DNA of 63,078 nucleotides, the filler included, from Collodictyon triciliatum (taxonomy: Eukaryota): assembly GCA_043381765.1 (NCBI GenBank). It is 7 parts of 7 records of this genome, joined end to end, with 100 filler letters (N's around TTAATTAATTAA, not from the genome) between each part and the next. Parts side by side here need not be neighbours in the genome. Positions count along the whole stretch, not along the records: positions 32,424 to 43,123 come from JBHJMP010002589.1; positions 43,224 to 53,921 come from JBHJMP010002592.1; 5 more parts are not named here. The stretch is one strand, 5' to 3'. The position numbers and the translations under genes are program-made. The number at the start of each line of letters is the position of its first letter. Positions within the stretch are counted from its first letter, which is position 1. The notes under the pieces were generated by a model that was not told the DNA's origin, ran no database searches, and saw only the letters and a program-made list of their open reading frames with translations. Shown here one piece after another: positions 35,543 to 48,472 of the stretch.

Positions 35543-36149
35543 ATTTCCTCGATTACCTACAAGCTTCTACTGCGAGGGTGAATAATTTTGACTGTATTAT
35601 TATTGGAGGAGTTGCTCGGTATGTGCTATTCTCTCAGTTCACGCCCAGGAATGTCTAAATACCCCTAGTATATTGGATAGATGGCTATGCACAGCACCCC
35701 CAGATTTTCGAGCTAATTTAGGCTCGAATTAATTTTGTTTGTGGTCATTTCGTGCTCCTCCTATCACTTCTCGCAATATATATTTTGTTTGCTTCAAGAA
35801 GTCTTGCTCACTACCACATCCCATGCCACTCCAAGAGCCGATACGAGGCGAGTGGGGCATACATGACAGGCGCTAATGAATTATTAAGGATCGCAAAATT
35901 AGAAGTAAGTATCACAGTTGCTGCTGCTGAGAACATCGATAGTCACAACACATTATCTACGTAGGAATTTGTTCCTACAGCTCCCTTATATCGACCAACT
36001 GAATATAAACGCTGCATGCTCTAAAATATCAGCTGTATGGTCTTGGCTGCAATTTAAGCTAATTGTGTGTCTAACTCTCAAAGGCTCTCAACAAAGGAAA
36101 ATTGAAAATATGCATTTTAATGGCTTCTATCTTTGCAGTTAAATGTGTA

Positions 36150-36720
36150 TTACTGGGAGACTTTGGCAGCTTTTGCCGCGCGTGTGACTATCCATAACTC
36201 CCTGTTGTTGATATTAAGCATTAGAGAGCGGTGATTTGGAAGGACTTGCGGAGTTCGTGCTTGTCTCCAGCTCGCGGTGAGCGGGGTGTGGGTGATGCCC
36301 AGTGTTTCTCCCCATCGTTGATGCTTTGACTTTTTATAGGGTGTCGGCGGCGATATTATGTATCGAAAGAATTTGGAGTAGGTCATAGTCATCGAGAACT
36401 GCATAGACTGCGCACCGTTAGACGAGCGTTCGTTCTTGAGGCGGAAAAAGAATGGCGACGGGATGTCGTATGGGATTGGTCTGCGTGAGCGCCATTTTCC
36501 TTTGTTATTCAGGACGGCTGTGGTTGGCTGTGCATCTTGTGTGCGGAATGCGGTGGAGCCTGGCGTTGTGATGTACGAGCCGTCTTCTTTGAATGAGATT
36601 TCTCTGATGGTGGCCGCGTTGCCTTCGTGAACCTGTTTGATGATGCAGAAGCCTTTCTGGTTGTCCCAGTGCAGCTAGCTTACGTTGTACGGCAGTTATT
36701 TTTGCTGACAGGTCTGTCAT
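36150..36720 (-). mobile_element. Decayed LINE ORF2 C-terminal fragment
   Basis: RWGETLGI..SWRQARTPQVLPNHRSLMLNINNRELW is paralogous to the zf-RVT region at 38969-39331. Confidence 0.75.
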
Positions 36721-37444
36721 TAAAGACCCCCTCGGCTAGTACCCCGGATAAACAAGCCATCTCACCTTAAGCCTCTGAGAAATTGTCATACTGATTGCTA
36801 GAGAAAAAATTTCTGGTCAACAGAGAGCTAAACTTGACTATACCCCAACGTTGTTAAAAGACATGAGTCGATTCCGCCTCACATATAGGTAGTCGAGGCG
36901 AGTGCCGCGAACAGAGGAGCTATCTTCAACATCTTCAAACAAAAGAGCTGCTTGGCGGAGTTCGGTCGACATGAATTTGGAGTGGGGTGACTAGTTATCA
37001 CAGGGGATTTGACTCTTCTAGTCCGATAAGCCAACCCTGTTTCGCCCCGCAGTCAATCTAAGCACAAGGGTCAGCGCAAGCGCGCAACTTCAGTCTCAAC
37101 ATCCCGAGCGGCAACTCCTGCTGCTTTTGTACATTTGGCCAAATTCAAAATATAAAAGCGCATCATTCCCACGCACAACCAAATAAAGTAAAAAGGCAGA
37201 AATCACTAAACGCTATTAATAAAAAGCACTGCTCTTATAGCTTTGAAGGATGAAGATTTCGAAAACAAGTAAACTTTAACTGACAACCGTCGGTCATGGG
37301 CTTTGATAAAAAAAAAAACCTTACTTTAGAAGGCATAGGTCATACCACAAGGACTCTAAACAAACCTAAACTACAAACTGCACTAGGATTCGTGTTTTGT
37401 TTTTTTTTCACCAAAAGTCGTTGAAAACAGAGTTCGTGAACGGA

Positions 37445-38564
37445 ATGCAATCTGTAACAGACTATGGCTACTTTTTTAGGGCTTGTTTGAACAGTCGGTC
37501 ATGGTTCATCCTGACTGTGGTACTGTTTGCCCTGTCCCTAACTTTCATGCTTGCAAGTCAAAAATTTGAGCTGCAACAAATAAACGAAAATGTACCGAAA
37601 ATCGACTTTAATATAACCCACACATGGAGGGAATGCCCTGCCAATGAGCCTAGAGGCAGTTGGGAGTTGAGAGATAATAAACCGAGGCTTGTGAGAGACG
37701 TTTCGAAGCGTAATGTATATATGGACTCCTTTAAAAAGACCGAAAAAGTCACAATTTCAAGGGGCAAGTGGATCTACTTCTACGGCGACTCTACCATACG
37801 GCAATTGGTAATCTAATTAATAAGACTCACTGGCTGTTAACCCGTATTAACTGAAGAAAAATCTCAAGGCATTCAAATTCCTCTCGCAATCTTCCGAATT
37901 CGTGAGTGAGGATTTTAATTCAATACGAGGTAAGTTTTAAAAATATGGTCGGTCGATATTCTACCTCCACATTTCTAACAGCAGCCTGATCTTAGACCAT
38001 GTACGCAAGAATTGTACTCGGCAAGACAGACCTATCAGCCATTCACAGACATCCTGCGCCAGAAATGAGGCTACTTGTAACTTTTCGGATAACGATTCTC
38101 AAAAGTTTAAAGTCACTCTCGATTGGAAACACTTGGCTTTTGAGGATTACGACGAAGCTCTGCTGACACAAAAGTTCAAATATGAGCAGCCTGATATTTT
38201 TGCATTCTCATTTGGACTTCATGACGAGTATCACGGTATACCATTCAGAGAAATAGAATTGAGGTCAAAAAAATTTTTCAAAATGGTCAATGATTCAATT
38301 CGCGGCGCAGTGCTCTGGATTGACACGCAGGCGTGGGAAAAGGGGAAAGAAACTACAAACATTAACAAAATTCACAGCAAACTTGCAAAACAGTACCACT
38401 GGCCTGAGTTCTATCGTTACTATGTTACAAAAGCTTATCTTGAGGGGAAATATACAGTTGGTATACACTTGCATGAATCTAGTGTGAAGGACATCTATGA
38501 GTATCTTTTACCACAAATTCTTTGTTTATTGGACCCGGAGCGTTACTTCCCAGGAGAAATTTAG
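37445..38564 (+). CDS. Type II membrane SGNH/PC-esterase-like (TBL/Cas1p/NXPE-like) protein; 3 exons
   Basis: TM helix WFILTVVLFALSLTFML; KWIYFYGDSTIRQL; PDIFAFSFGLHD; terminal VGIH; introns 37808-37868 and about 37930-37996. Confidence 0.8.
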
Positions 38565-38924
38565 GACGCGGCTCTCGGCTTTCAAAGCGAGAATTGCCCA
38601 TACAGAATCACTTTCATAACAAAATGGTTAGGACAGGATGACATCGCTATGTGTTTCGGAAGACAAACCATGGCTCCATTTTTTTTACTTTTATTTTCTA
38701 CAGATGCTCATAATTAAGAGCATCCTCTCGAATCAATAAATATCATATGGATGCAACTCTATTGACACGAAACCCATTAATAAAAACTCTTTAGTAATAG
38801 AAAAAAAATCCAATAGTATATCTGGGCAAATTTATGAGTAAATTGTAAGTGAGGTACACTATTTCCTTTCGTGGGATAATAGACAGGTTATTAAGGTACT
38901 TTTGCGTTACTCGTCTAGCGTCGA

Positions 38925-39798
38925 ATTAAACAAAAATCATCAGCCCGAATCCCTACAAACCGGAGAAAATGAGTCGTTGGGTCGAAACCACGGGCATTAT
39001 AGACCCGCCGATAGTCAAAAGCTGGAAGCAAGCCCGTATACCTCAGTTACTCCCGAAATACCGCGCCCTAATGCTCAATATCTTCAACAGAGAGCTGTGG
39101 ATAGGTGCGCGTGTAGTCCATGCAGCAAAGACCTCTCCAGAATGCACCATGTGCCACAGTGGAGATGACTCTATCGAGCACACATTTGTGAAGTGCTCTC
39201 TTGCTCAAAAAGTGACAGAGCACACCCACAAGATGCTCTCTGAGATTGATTATGCTCCCAGCCGACTCAGCGCGTCTGATATCTTGTTTCGTCCACAATA
39301 CCAAATGACCCGTGATTCAAGAATACTATAGACAGTCACAAAGGGGACATATGATGTGGTCCTTATGGAGTGTGCGCGCATTCTCTCTCTAATGATTCAC
39401 CCGAACGAGAAATCAATGTATCCAGGCTGGAAAGCCTCGTGCAATACAGCTTCCTGAACAGCCTGCTGAAACATGCCCGCATTATTCACTACTCTGACCG
39501 CAAGCGAAGAGAGATGTGGGAATGTGTCGTGCGAACTCCCACACAATTCATCCACTGCTACCCACACAACCAATCAACCAGTTGGGACGCCCACCTGACC
39601 AACTCGCTATCACTGATTTCTTTCCAGTGCTAGCCTCTCCGCGGTAGTGTCTTCTACTCGCTTTCTTTTCTACCATGCGCATCTATCTGACCCAAGTAAG
39701 GTGCAAATAGTTTTACTTTATCCGGGTTGCGCTCTGACGGGTTAAGCTAATAAACAGGATTTCAATGTGTTGTCCCTTATCTGACGGAAAATAAAAAA
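38925..39798 (+). mobile_element. 3' end of L1/Tx1-like LINE: zf-RVT CCHC finger, ORF2 end (one internal stop), 3' UTR and short A tail
   Basis: CTMCHSGDDSIEHTFVKC; ORF ends at 39633; AAAATAAAAAA at about 39787-39798. Confidence 0.85.
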
Positions 39799-40140
39799 TG
39801 AGACGACGTCGAAGACTTGGAAAGGTGCAGCCAGTTCCTCTAGTTCCAACACTGGTGCGGAAACCTCCGAATTGCAAACAAGTCTAGAAAGACCCGTGCA
39901 ACGAAGCCGCCGGCAAGTATGTCTGAGCGCAGTATTTTTGCGCAGAGTCGAGCAGGTCGTTTAAAACAAAACAAGGCTCGCATATGCGATAGACTCTTTT
40001 TTGAAAGCGAACAAACTTTGGGAAGAGTCTATCCAACTGCGCTTACCGGACAGCGAAGGCCTTTGCTTGATTGCCTTCCACACTACAGAAAATACCCGAA
40101 AGCTTCTAGAGCTGAAGCAAGTAGGTTTGCGGGTTAGTTT
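39799..40140 (+). mobile_element. Degraded copy of the 5' part of the putative LINE ORF1
   Basis: Clear nucleotide similarity to the reverse complement of 41275-41610 (LKANKLWEESIQL.LPDSEGL.LIAF.T.EN.RKLLELKQ). Confidence 0.8.
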
Positions 40141-40274
40141 GGTTGTATTCGAGACTGACAGAAGAGCGGATAAAGTTGTCAGGTTGATGAAAGTACGCAC
40201 ATGGTAGTTACTTCGAAAATCGATTCCGACGAGTCCTTTCAGCTTTCTATCTCAGATAAGGTTTACAACCTATT

Positions 40275-41629
40275 TCATTCCACATGAAGAGTCTTTTGAG
40301 AGGACAAAGAATCAATTTCCTTGCTTTTCTTGCTGGGCGACTCTGACAGAAAGCGATACATCGTTGTTTGTCTGATATTAGTGGAAGTGATGCTTGACCG
40401 TCCCCTGGTTTTGGAACCATGCGTAGCCGGCAGTGGACTTTGCTTAACCGGAGTATGGCTATGCGTTTGTGGTTTTAGAAACATACGCTCCTGCTTGCTC
40501 GGACTGTCTTCGGTGTGTGAAGTTCCAAGCTTGGATTCGACTTGTGCTGTTTGCTCTTGCTACTTGGTTCTCGGTGAGACGGGCTGTGGCAGGGTAAACG
40601 GACTATCTTTGTTGGGTGCTGGTTCTTGTGCTGACTTCGCTTTGGAGTATCCTTTCGGATAAGTAACGAAGACTGCCTTGAGGCCTCCTATGTTAACCAT
40701 ATTCACGTCAGTCTGAATGGGTAGTTTAAGGGGGATTTCTTTCGGGGTTTGGAGATGCACTGCTCTTGGGTCTTGCGATGTGCGGGCTTGTCCGGCGTTG
40801 GCGGTGGTGGGCTTATATGCGAAGATTCTGAAGAGGAACCGAGATTTCCTTCTGTGTCATCGTCGCTGTCGCTGTATGCGCGTATCTGCTGTGAGTCTTT
40901 CGGGCTCAGTTGTTGCCTGGCCTTGGCTTCCTTGACCCCGTTGCTGCTTGTCTGCTTGGCAGGTGTATTCTTTTGCGGGGTTTTTACTTGTCGTTCGTTG
41001 TTCGCATCTGGTGGACGCTCTTTGAGGATGTGCTTTGGACATTTCTTACCCATGACTGTAAACTTTGCAGGGAGCTGGTTCTTGTGGCAAAGAAGCTTCA
41101 CCACGGTCGTGTCTGTGAAAAAGCCTTTGTCCTTTCTGATCTCCACGTGGGTCGGTCTGAACGGCTTCAGCTTCTCACGAATAAGTTGCGGCCACACGTC
41201 CAGCGGTGATTGGTAGAACATCACCGAGGTCTCTGTTGGTTTACTTCTGCTGAAGCTAATTTTATTATCGATCAAACTTATCTGCTTCAGCTCCAGAAGC
41301 TTTCAATTGTTTTCTGCAGTGCGAAAGGCAATCAGGAAAAGGCCTTCGCTGTCTGGTAAGTGCAACTGGATGGACTCTTCCCAAAGTTTGTTCGCTTTCA
41401 AGGAGGAGGTGAGCGCATCTGTTAGCCTGCGGGCCTTGTTCTTGTTGTAAACGACTTGCTCGACCACGTGCAAAAATACTATCCGCTCAGACAGACTTGC
41501 AGGCGGCTTCCTTGCACTGGGTCTTCCTGGACTTACGTGCAACTCGGAGTTTTCCGCACCAGCGTTGGAACCAGAAGAACTGGCTGCAACTTGCAAAGCC
41601 TTCGACGGGTTGCGTCTTGCATTTCCCAT
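40275..41629 (-). mobile_element. Pseudogenised intronless ORF, probably LINE ORF1 (RRM-like region then low-complexity S/P/K tail)
   Basis: ORFs 41629-41303 and 41275-40703 share one frame across a single TGA (CGA in the sister copy); later frameshift and stop; repeated copy adjoins a LINE 3' end. Confidence 0.65.
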
Positions 41630-42831
41630 AATGCACGAGTAGCGTTTTTTTCACATGTGGATTGTAATAGCGAAAATAATGGTCACACTAGATAGATATG
41701 AAAGTATGGATTCACCTCATAAAAGAGGGTTAGGGAAGCGAGATATAGGAGTGGTGTTCTTCGCAGGGCAAAAGAGCACACTGTCTGATGATCTCAAAGA
41801 ATTAGGCGTCACCAACAGAGTGCTTCCCAAGAAAGAAAAAGATATCATATCTATGCCCTGCTTCGAATCCAAAACAAACAAACCCCAACATAATTGCCCA
41901 TACTCTTATCCATTCCTGTCCTCCTTGGAAAATTTCCTATGCCCTAAATCACCTGAAGCCATCATTGGTCTTCCACATCCCCTTCGCAAAGCAACCCCTT
42001 CTTCGGCACGTTGATCTACCTAACCATCACCCATCAAGCTCAGCCCAAATCATGCAATTAGAGTGAAAGGGTAAGAAAGAAAGGGACGGTGAAGTAAAGG
42101 GAACAAAACATTACAGAATACCAACCGCATGGCAATCATATTGAATTATGTGTAACGCGACATTCACTAAATGGTATATTCTTCAACCTAGGGCAAGGAT
42201 GGGTCAGTCTGCGTGCGTTATTATGTACGTAGAATGCAAGTTGTAAAGCAAACACCAGGTTGATCGTTAACATCATTAAAAAATAGACGAATCACCGTAC
42301 ACGCTAGGTAACTGACGAAAGGCTTGGATTGTTAAGAGGTAGCAGTTGATCAATTCGTTCGAAGCATATACCAAATGGCAACACATAGTATTTTGTAAGA
42401 TAAAAAAAAGGAAATGCATGGCCAGCAAGGCTCGACAGTTTTATAACCACTTAGTGAGTACATGCAAAGACCAGGCTGTAAGTCATCAGCAGCCATCGCA
42501 AAATATATTTTTTCCATTTATGACATGTTCCTGACGAAATGGTTGAGACGGTCTTTCGCGATAAGGTAGGGATCGAGGAGAGGACCATTCTTCGGTGCAG
42601 AGTCCTCAAATCTTATCTGGTACACAGGAGTTTGTTTCTCGGACTCAGATACTCATTGAATTCGTCTGATTATCTTTTTGTCGCTTTGTGACTTTGTATC
42701 ATATTGTTTATTTAGTTTCTCTGTCTCTTTGTCCTTGATTCTCTGTCTCTCTTTGTTTCTTTGTTTCTTTGTTTCTATGTCACTTAATTTCTTTGTCTCT
42801 TTGTTTCTTTTCTTTCTCTGTCTCTTTGTCC

Positions 42832-43320
42832 TTGTTTGTTTGTTTGTTTGTTTGTTTGTTTGTTTGTTTGTTTGTCTGATTGTTTGTTTGTTTGTTTGTT
42901 TGTTTGTCTGATTGTTTGTTTGTTTGTCTGATTGTTTGTTTCTTTGTTTGTTTGTTTGTTTGTTTGTTTGTTTGTTTGTTTGTTTGTTTGTTTGTTTCTA
43001 TGCCTTTATGTCTATGTTTGTTTGTTTGTTTGTTTGTTTGTTTGTTTGTTTGTTTGTTTGTTTGTTTGTTTGTTTGTTTGTTTGTTTGTTTGTTTGTTTG
43101 TTTGTATGTTTTTGTTTGGTGCGNNNNNNNNNNNNNNNNNNNNNNNNNNNNNNNNNNNNNNNNNNNNTTAATTAATTAANNNNNNNNNNNNNNNNNNNNN
43201 NNNNNNNNNNNNNNNNNNNNNNNTTTGTTTGTTTGTTTGTTTGTTTGTTTGTTTGTTTGTTTGTTTGTTTGTTTGTTTGTTTGTTTGTTTGTTTGTTTGT
43301 TTGTTTGTTTGTTTGTTTTT
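42832..43320. repeat. (TTTG)n arrays at the ends of two contigs (interrupted by the spacer)
   Basis: Direct observation. Confidence 0.93.
43124..43223. other. Artificial contig spacer
   Basis: N44-TTAATTAATTAA-N44. Confidence 0.98.
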
Positions 43321-43751
43321 GACAAGCGGTTCAAAATACGGCTCCAGTGATTCTACTACATTCAAGTTCGGCTTGTATTTCCTTCAAGACTAACACGTTC
43401 CAATCCCACAAAGTCTTCATAACACCGAAACACTCACGACTGTCGGCACGAATCCCCGCAAAGTTTATACTATACTTTTTCTTTCTTTCTTTCTTGCCAA
43501 TCGTTTCTTGCCTCTCGGCAAATCAGTCCGCCGCTGGTTGGGATGACTCGCTGTGACTGCGAATCGACTCGGCTGATCGAGGAGCAAAGTCACATGTCTA
43601 TGGGTTTCAATGTCATATATACAAGTCTGGATATTATTCGCTGCCATCGAAATTAGGCTGCTCGAGTCCGCCTCAGTGCGCGAAGCTGACGGGAAGGTGA
43701 AGGCGACAGAACAGGACAAGGCAGGCACAGGCGATAAGAACTGTTGGAGGG

Positions 43752-44893
43752 ATGAGGGACTGCTTCACAGTGTGCACTAGAGGGGACTCAGTAAGTCTAT
43801 TGGCCCTACTCCGAAAGGATCCTCGGATTTTGGACCACCGGTCGCGCTTTGATCAAGGATCGCTGCTTCATCGTGCGGCCTCAAACGGTGCATTATCCAG
43901 TAGCCCATACCTTTTTTTTTGCACGTCGCTTAGCTGTCACCAATGGCCAACTGGTCGGTGCATGTCTGTTGACAAGATGTGTTTGCTTCGGATGAAAGGA
44001 ATCCCCACGCGAATAATGGGGCATTTATCCGATAGGTCATGTGCATCTCTTTGATATTCTGCTGCACCCACTAGAGCACATGCCAGAGGACATTCCCGAC
44101 AAGCAGCCTGGTTAGCCAACAAAATGCCCAGCGTTGTTTAATTTTTTTTTTTCTGTTTGAATCTTTCCAAGAATAATAGCATAGTTTTCTACAAGATTTA
44201 ATTGAGATTCTATCCTTTCTATATGATGTGGGTATATCTCAAAAGGTATCCCGCTGCCCGAAGGTTATACAATCAAAGGAATACCCGTCGATGTGCAGAA
44301 CAAAGATGGCGACACTCCACTTCACGTAGCCTCCAGGTTTGCTTCCAAACAGAATTATTTTCTCTTCCCGATTTTTAGGCTTCTGCCTATTGTGTCTCTT
44401 TTATTATTATCAAGAAACCATCAAAATGTCCTAAAATATTACAGTAATAGATTTGGAGGGGATTCTAAGGTTATATTATATATTTGTAAAATGTTAGAAA
44501 CGGTAAAATGGATTCTGTAAGGGCTTTGTTGTCAATGGGCGCATCTGTGAATGTTCTTAACAATGACGGGGAGAATGCCATACACCAGGCTGCGTGGGAG
44601 GGTCATTCGAAGGTAATTCAATACACCTGTGAACTTCACATTACCATTCATTATATCCATGGAGTAAATGACATGAATCTTTTTATTATAGAATTTTTTC
44701 TATAATCACGAACTTCATATGCGTGAGTGAAGGGAAATCAACCTACATTACCCAGATTATCGATCTTCTGATGGCCAGGAGATGCGACCACGATGTTCCG
44801 AACAAGTTTGGAAACACTGCTGTAAAGATTGCTGCTTGGAGAGAGCATCAGGAATGTGTGCGCTCCTTGTCGAAGCTTAGACAAGGTGCTTAG
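43752..44893 (+). CDS. Small ankyrin-repeat protein; 5 exons
   Basis: GSLLHRAASN|GHVHL; QNKDGDTPLHVASR|NGKMDSVRALLSMGASVN; DGENAIHQAAWEGH; NKFGNTAVKIAA. Confidence 0.85.
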
Positions 44894-45223
44894 AAAGATT
44901 TTAAAATCACTCCGCCATCTACGCCGCTGTTGTGACACAATGTATATCCAGAGAATAAACGGAGCCAACACCACAGCACCTGCAAAATACTGAAAGACAA
45001 CACAGGGACTCTTGTCTGTTGTGGAAATTATATTTTTATTCCGTTACAATTTTGAATCTGTTTTTTTTCCGTACAGCTTTCCATCCAGGCAAGCAGGTGA
45101 AGAATGAGCTGACGCCCAAGCAAGACAAAGTCACTTTCCGAATGGCCTGCGATAGAAATAACAAAAATATCACACCTTCACCCATTAAGATCACCCGGCA
45201 CTTTCGAAGCAGTTGAGGAAAGA

Positions 45224-46446
45224 ATGAGCAAACCAACCATCAAAATTGCCGTCATCGGCCCGACCCGCGCAGGAAAGTCGGCTTTGTCCAACTATCTGGG
45301 AAACATATCCGATCAGCCGTCTCCAAACTATGATCCTACAATTGGAGTCAGGTACATCAACCACATTTAAAATTATGCAAAAGCTGCCGAAGAGCCATAT
45401 TTTGCAGAAGAAGAAAACATCACAAGTGAAGAATATAGTGTATTTGCCTTCTACGTTAGTTTTTCTTCCCCTCTCACTCTCTCTTTGTCGTATGTGTTCT
45501 GGGCTCAAATGAGATCGAATGAGTTCGTAATTCGTCATCTTTGGATTATGAATCACTTAGAATCCTAGAGTTTGAAAAAGACCTTGGTCGAGGCGCAAAC
45601 TCCAGCATTTTACACGGAAACGGCCGAATCCGTGTGGAGTTGTGGGATGTTTCTGGAGATAAAAGGTTCCTTTTGTTCCTTTTTTTTTTATGTACTTTAT
45701 CAAATCTTTATTGTAATATGAATCGTTCATCTACCATTCATACTTGAAACAATAGATTTGAGAGCTGCTGGAAAGCAATAATCAAGGATATAAACGGAGT
45801 GTTAATTGTTTTCAATCCCGACAATCCCGATGACGAGCGCCAATTGGATATTTGGTAGGTTCATATTTCAAAGTAAAAATAAACAGCGCATCAATTCATA
45901 ATATCTTCACTCAGAACTTAGAACCTTTGTGGCTATTGAATGATATCTTTCCAATATAATAATCATATTAAAACATGCATCCCGCCAGTTTTTAAGTCTT
46001 CTGTCATAGGTATAATCGCTTTGTTGAACATGGAGGAATCAAAGATTCTCAATGCATCGTTTTCGCTCATCGTCCGAATGCCCAAAGACTTGGCCGTGTT
46101 TCTCTGTGTAATATTGAAGTTTATGATTCTTAAGATGATTTCTTGGTTTTCATACCTGAGCTCTTTTTACATAGCATCCCAAAGATTATCAAGGGTGTCT
46201 GTTGTGAGCACAAGCATGGAGATAGACGCCCCTACAATCAGAGCAGAATTTGACAGGTTTTTGGGGAATGTGGTAAGCCTTTATTTTTTGAAGACAACGC
46301 ATGGAGCTCCTCCATAATTCAATATTCGTTCGCTATCATGAATTACGACAAATTTTGATGCTTTCTTCTTATTCTATTCATTTATAAACTAGGTCGCAGC
46401 TATGTCTGCTCAACAAGGAGCAGAAGAAGACCGAATCATGAGCTAA
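45224..46446 (+). CDS. IFT22: Intraflagellar transport protein 22 (RABL5); 6 exons
   Basis: KIAVIGPTRAGKSALSNYL; YDPTIGVR|ILEFE; VELWDVSGDKR|FESCWKAI; GVLIVFNPD; QCIVFAH; lacks the NKxD motif and a prenylation site, as expected for IFT22; TAA at 46444-46446. Confidence 0.93.
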
Positions 46447-47424
46447 ATCAGAGATATGGAAGCAATAATTACATCTCTATAAGAATAAGACGCGAGAGAT
46501 TCCTTACGCGCTATGAAAATACCGACAAGTCCCTTTATAACCATAAAATCGACCATAGTAAGGAAGAGACAGGAAGACAATAGAATAAGATGATAAGTTC
46601 AGAAATCTGCCTAGTCATATGTGAGACATAAGATACCTGAGACGAATATCCCATGTTATTGTAGACTCTGCCAGACCTTTGTTGTAATCACTCTCCTAGC
46701 TTTGTCGAAACGACTCGGTAATACCCTCCGGACTGCTTCAGTAATTGGTGCAATATTTTCTGTCTGATTGCTTCTACTCCAGCACCATAAGTTTCAAAGC
46801 TGTCTTTTCCACACATTATTGCAGATCTGTTTCAATTATTTCCTTTGCTTATAATATCTACACACCGCCTTACATTACCGTTTTTGTTTTGTGTTATTTT
46901 TTTTTTAATTTATTGCATCTCGCGTTCATCGACTTTTGGAAGATCTGTAATAGACCTTCATATATTGTCAATATAATCATGTAACTTTGCACTATATATC
47001 TGATGCGCCTAGTGCTCGGTTTATAAAGTCTATAGATTAGTCAATGAAATATTTATACAGGTTTTCCCTTCATTTTTAAGCTTGGATTTCTTTGGGACTT
47101 GATATAGAGCTCTTTGAAAAACATATTCAATCGCAGTTTGGGATGTGACATGGCTTTTCTTCGCATTCAAAATATCTGTCGCCTCCTGTATGATTTTGTC
47201 CTCCATTTATGATGTATTGTGCGCGCAATTCTTTTGCAATATGCGCCAGAGCACATGTTCTTCAATTCTCGGCTTGCCTGCCTTGTAATCATTTTCTAAA
47301 AAGCTTATAGCATGTAAGAAAATTGGGTGGGATATGAAAATTCATGTATCTCGGCTTTTTTTTTAAAATAATAATAATAATAATCTATCAATCGACAGCA
47401 TGGCCAGTAAGCCCAGGTTTTGTG

Positions 47425-47462
<38 letters not shown>

Positions 47463-48472
47463 CTGGATTGAACAAACACCTGGATTGCGTACTGTTACAA
47501 AATGAGGGTAGAATAGGCAATTACGCCTCTTGTTCAATCATTATTTGCAAGGATAATAACTATTCAACTCTATTTATATCTATATACCAAAAATATGAGG
47601 TCTAATTGGTTCCATTAGAAAAAAATCAATATTTTCCAGAAATGATACAACCATTTAGAGCAATCCGTTGAATAGTAAAGTTAGTAATTTGGTACTAAAG
47701 CAGCTATATATCAGCTAATTATAGCTGTTGGTGCAGTATTCCTTAATTTGGAGAGACTTCTGCGCGACACAGATTCCATTGATGCATCACTGATCGCAGT
47801 CATCCTTTCTTTCAATCAAACAGAGAAGCCGTCAAGTTGTTCAGTGGGCTGTCCATACGGTGACAACGACGCACAATTGAAGAAGACGGAGGGAATGAAG
47901 GATTTTTCGGTCGCCTCGCATTCTGAGACCAAATAGACTACACGCCTTGTGCGCAGTAGCCGGCTCTGATGCGAGACACGAAGGCTTATTTTGTTGCAAG
48001 GCTTGCAGAGATCCAGAGAGGCAAACATATATTCATTTCTAACTATAAGTGTTCCTTCTCTGGCACTGTCTCTCTGGTTTTGTTGTTTATTTATTCAGCC
48101 TTTTTTTTTTTAATTGTCATTTATATATATGTATGTATCTATGTGATTAAAAAAAGGTTGAGTTTTCGGTTGGACTGTGTAAAACTTCTGCGTCTTAAAT
48201 TATTACGATGTCAATAAAAAGAAAAATAAGAGAAAAAACACAAAAGATAGGGGAAGCAAGGTTGTAGAAGATCTCATTCATTCTTCCTTTATTCAACGTC
48301 GCTTTGTTTTCTGTATCCTGACGGAATATATGGAGACTAAATACTATCCAGATGCCCCACTCACTTGAAGTCAGCTTTGCTATTTAGACTCTGTAATTAT
48401 CTTGATATCATTTCTACTGCGCTAAGCTGAAAGAAAATATGCTTGAAATGATAGTCCTGTGGAATCGAGTGC

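Noticed and set aside
41301-41305. In-frame TGA in the ORF1-like sequence as evidence of stop-codon reassignment
   Set aside because: The sister copy has CGA at this position, the element has other lesions, and conserved genes terminate at TAA, TAG and TGA.
42310-42610. CTGACGA motifs as a hammerhead ribozyme core
   Set aside because: No stem II closed by GAAA and no matching stems I/III.
46680-47960. Possible small minus-strand gene between IFT22 and calcineurin A
   Set aside because: Short open stretches exist, but no consistent spliced frame or recognisable motif was found.
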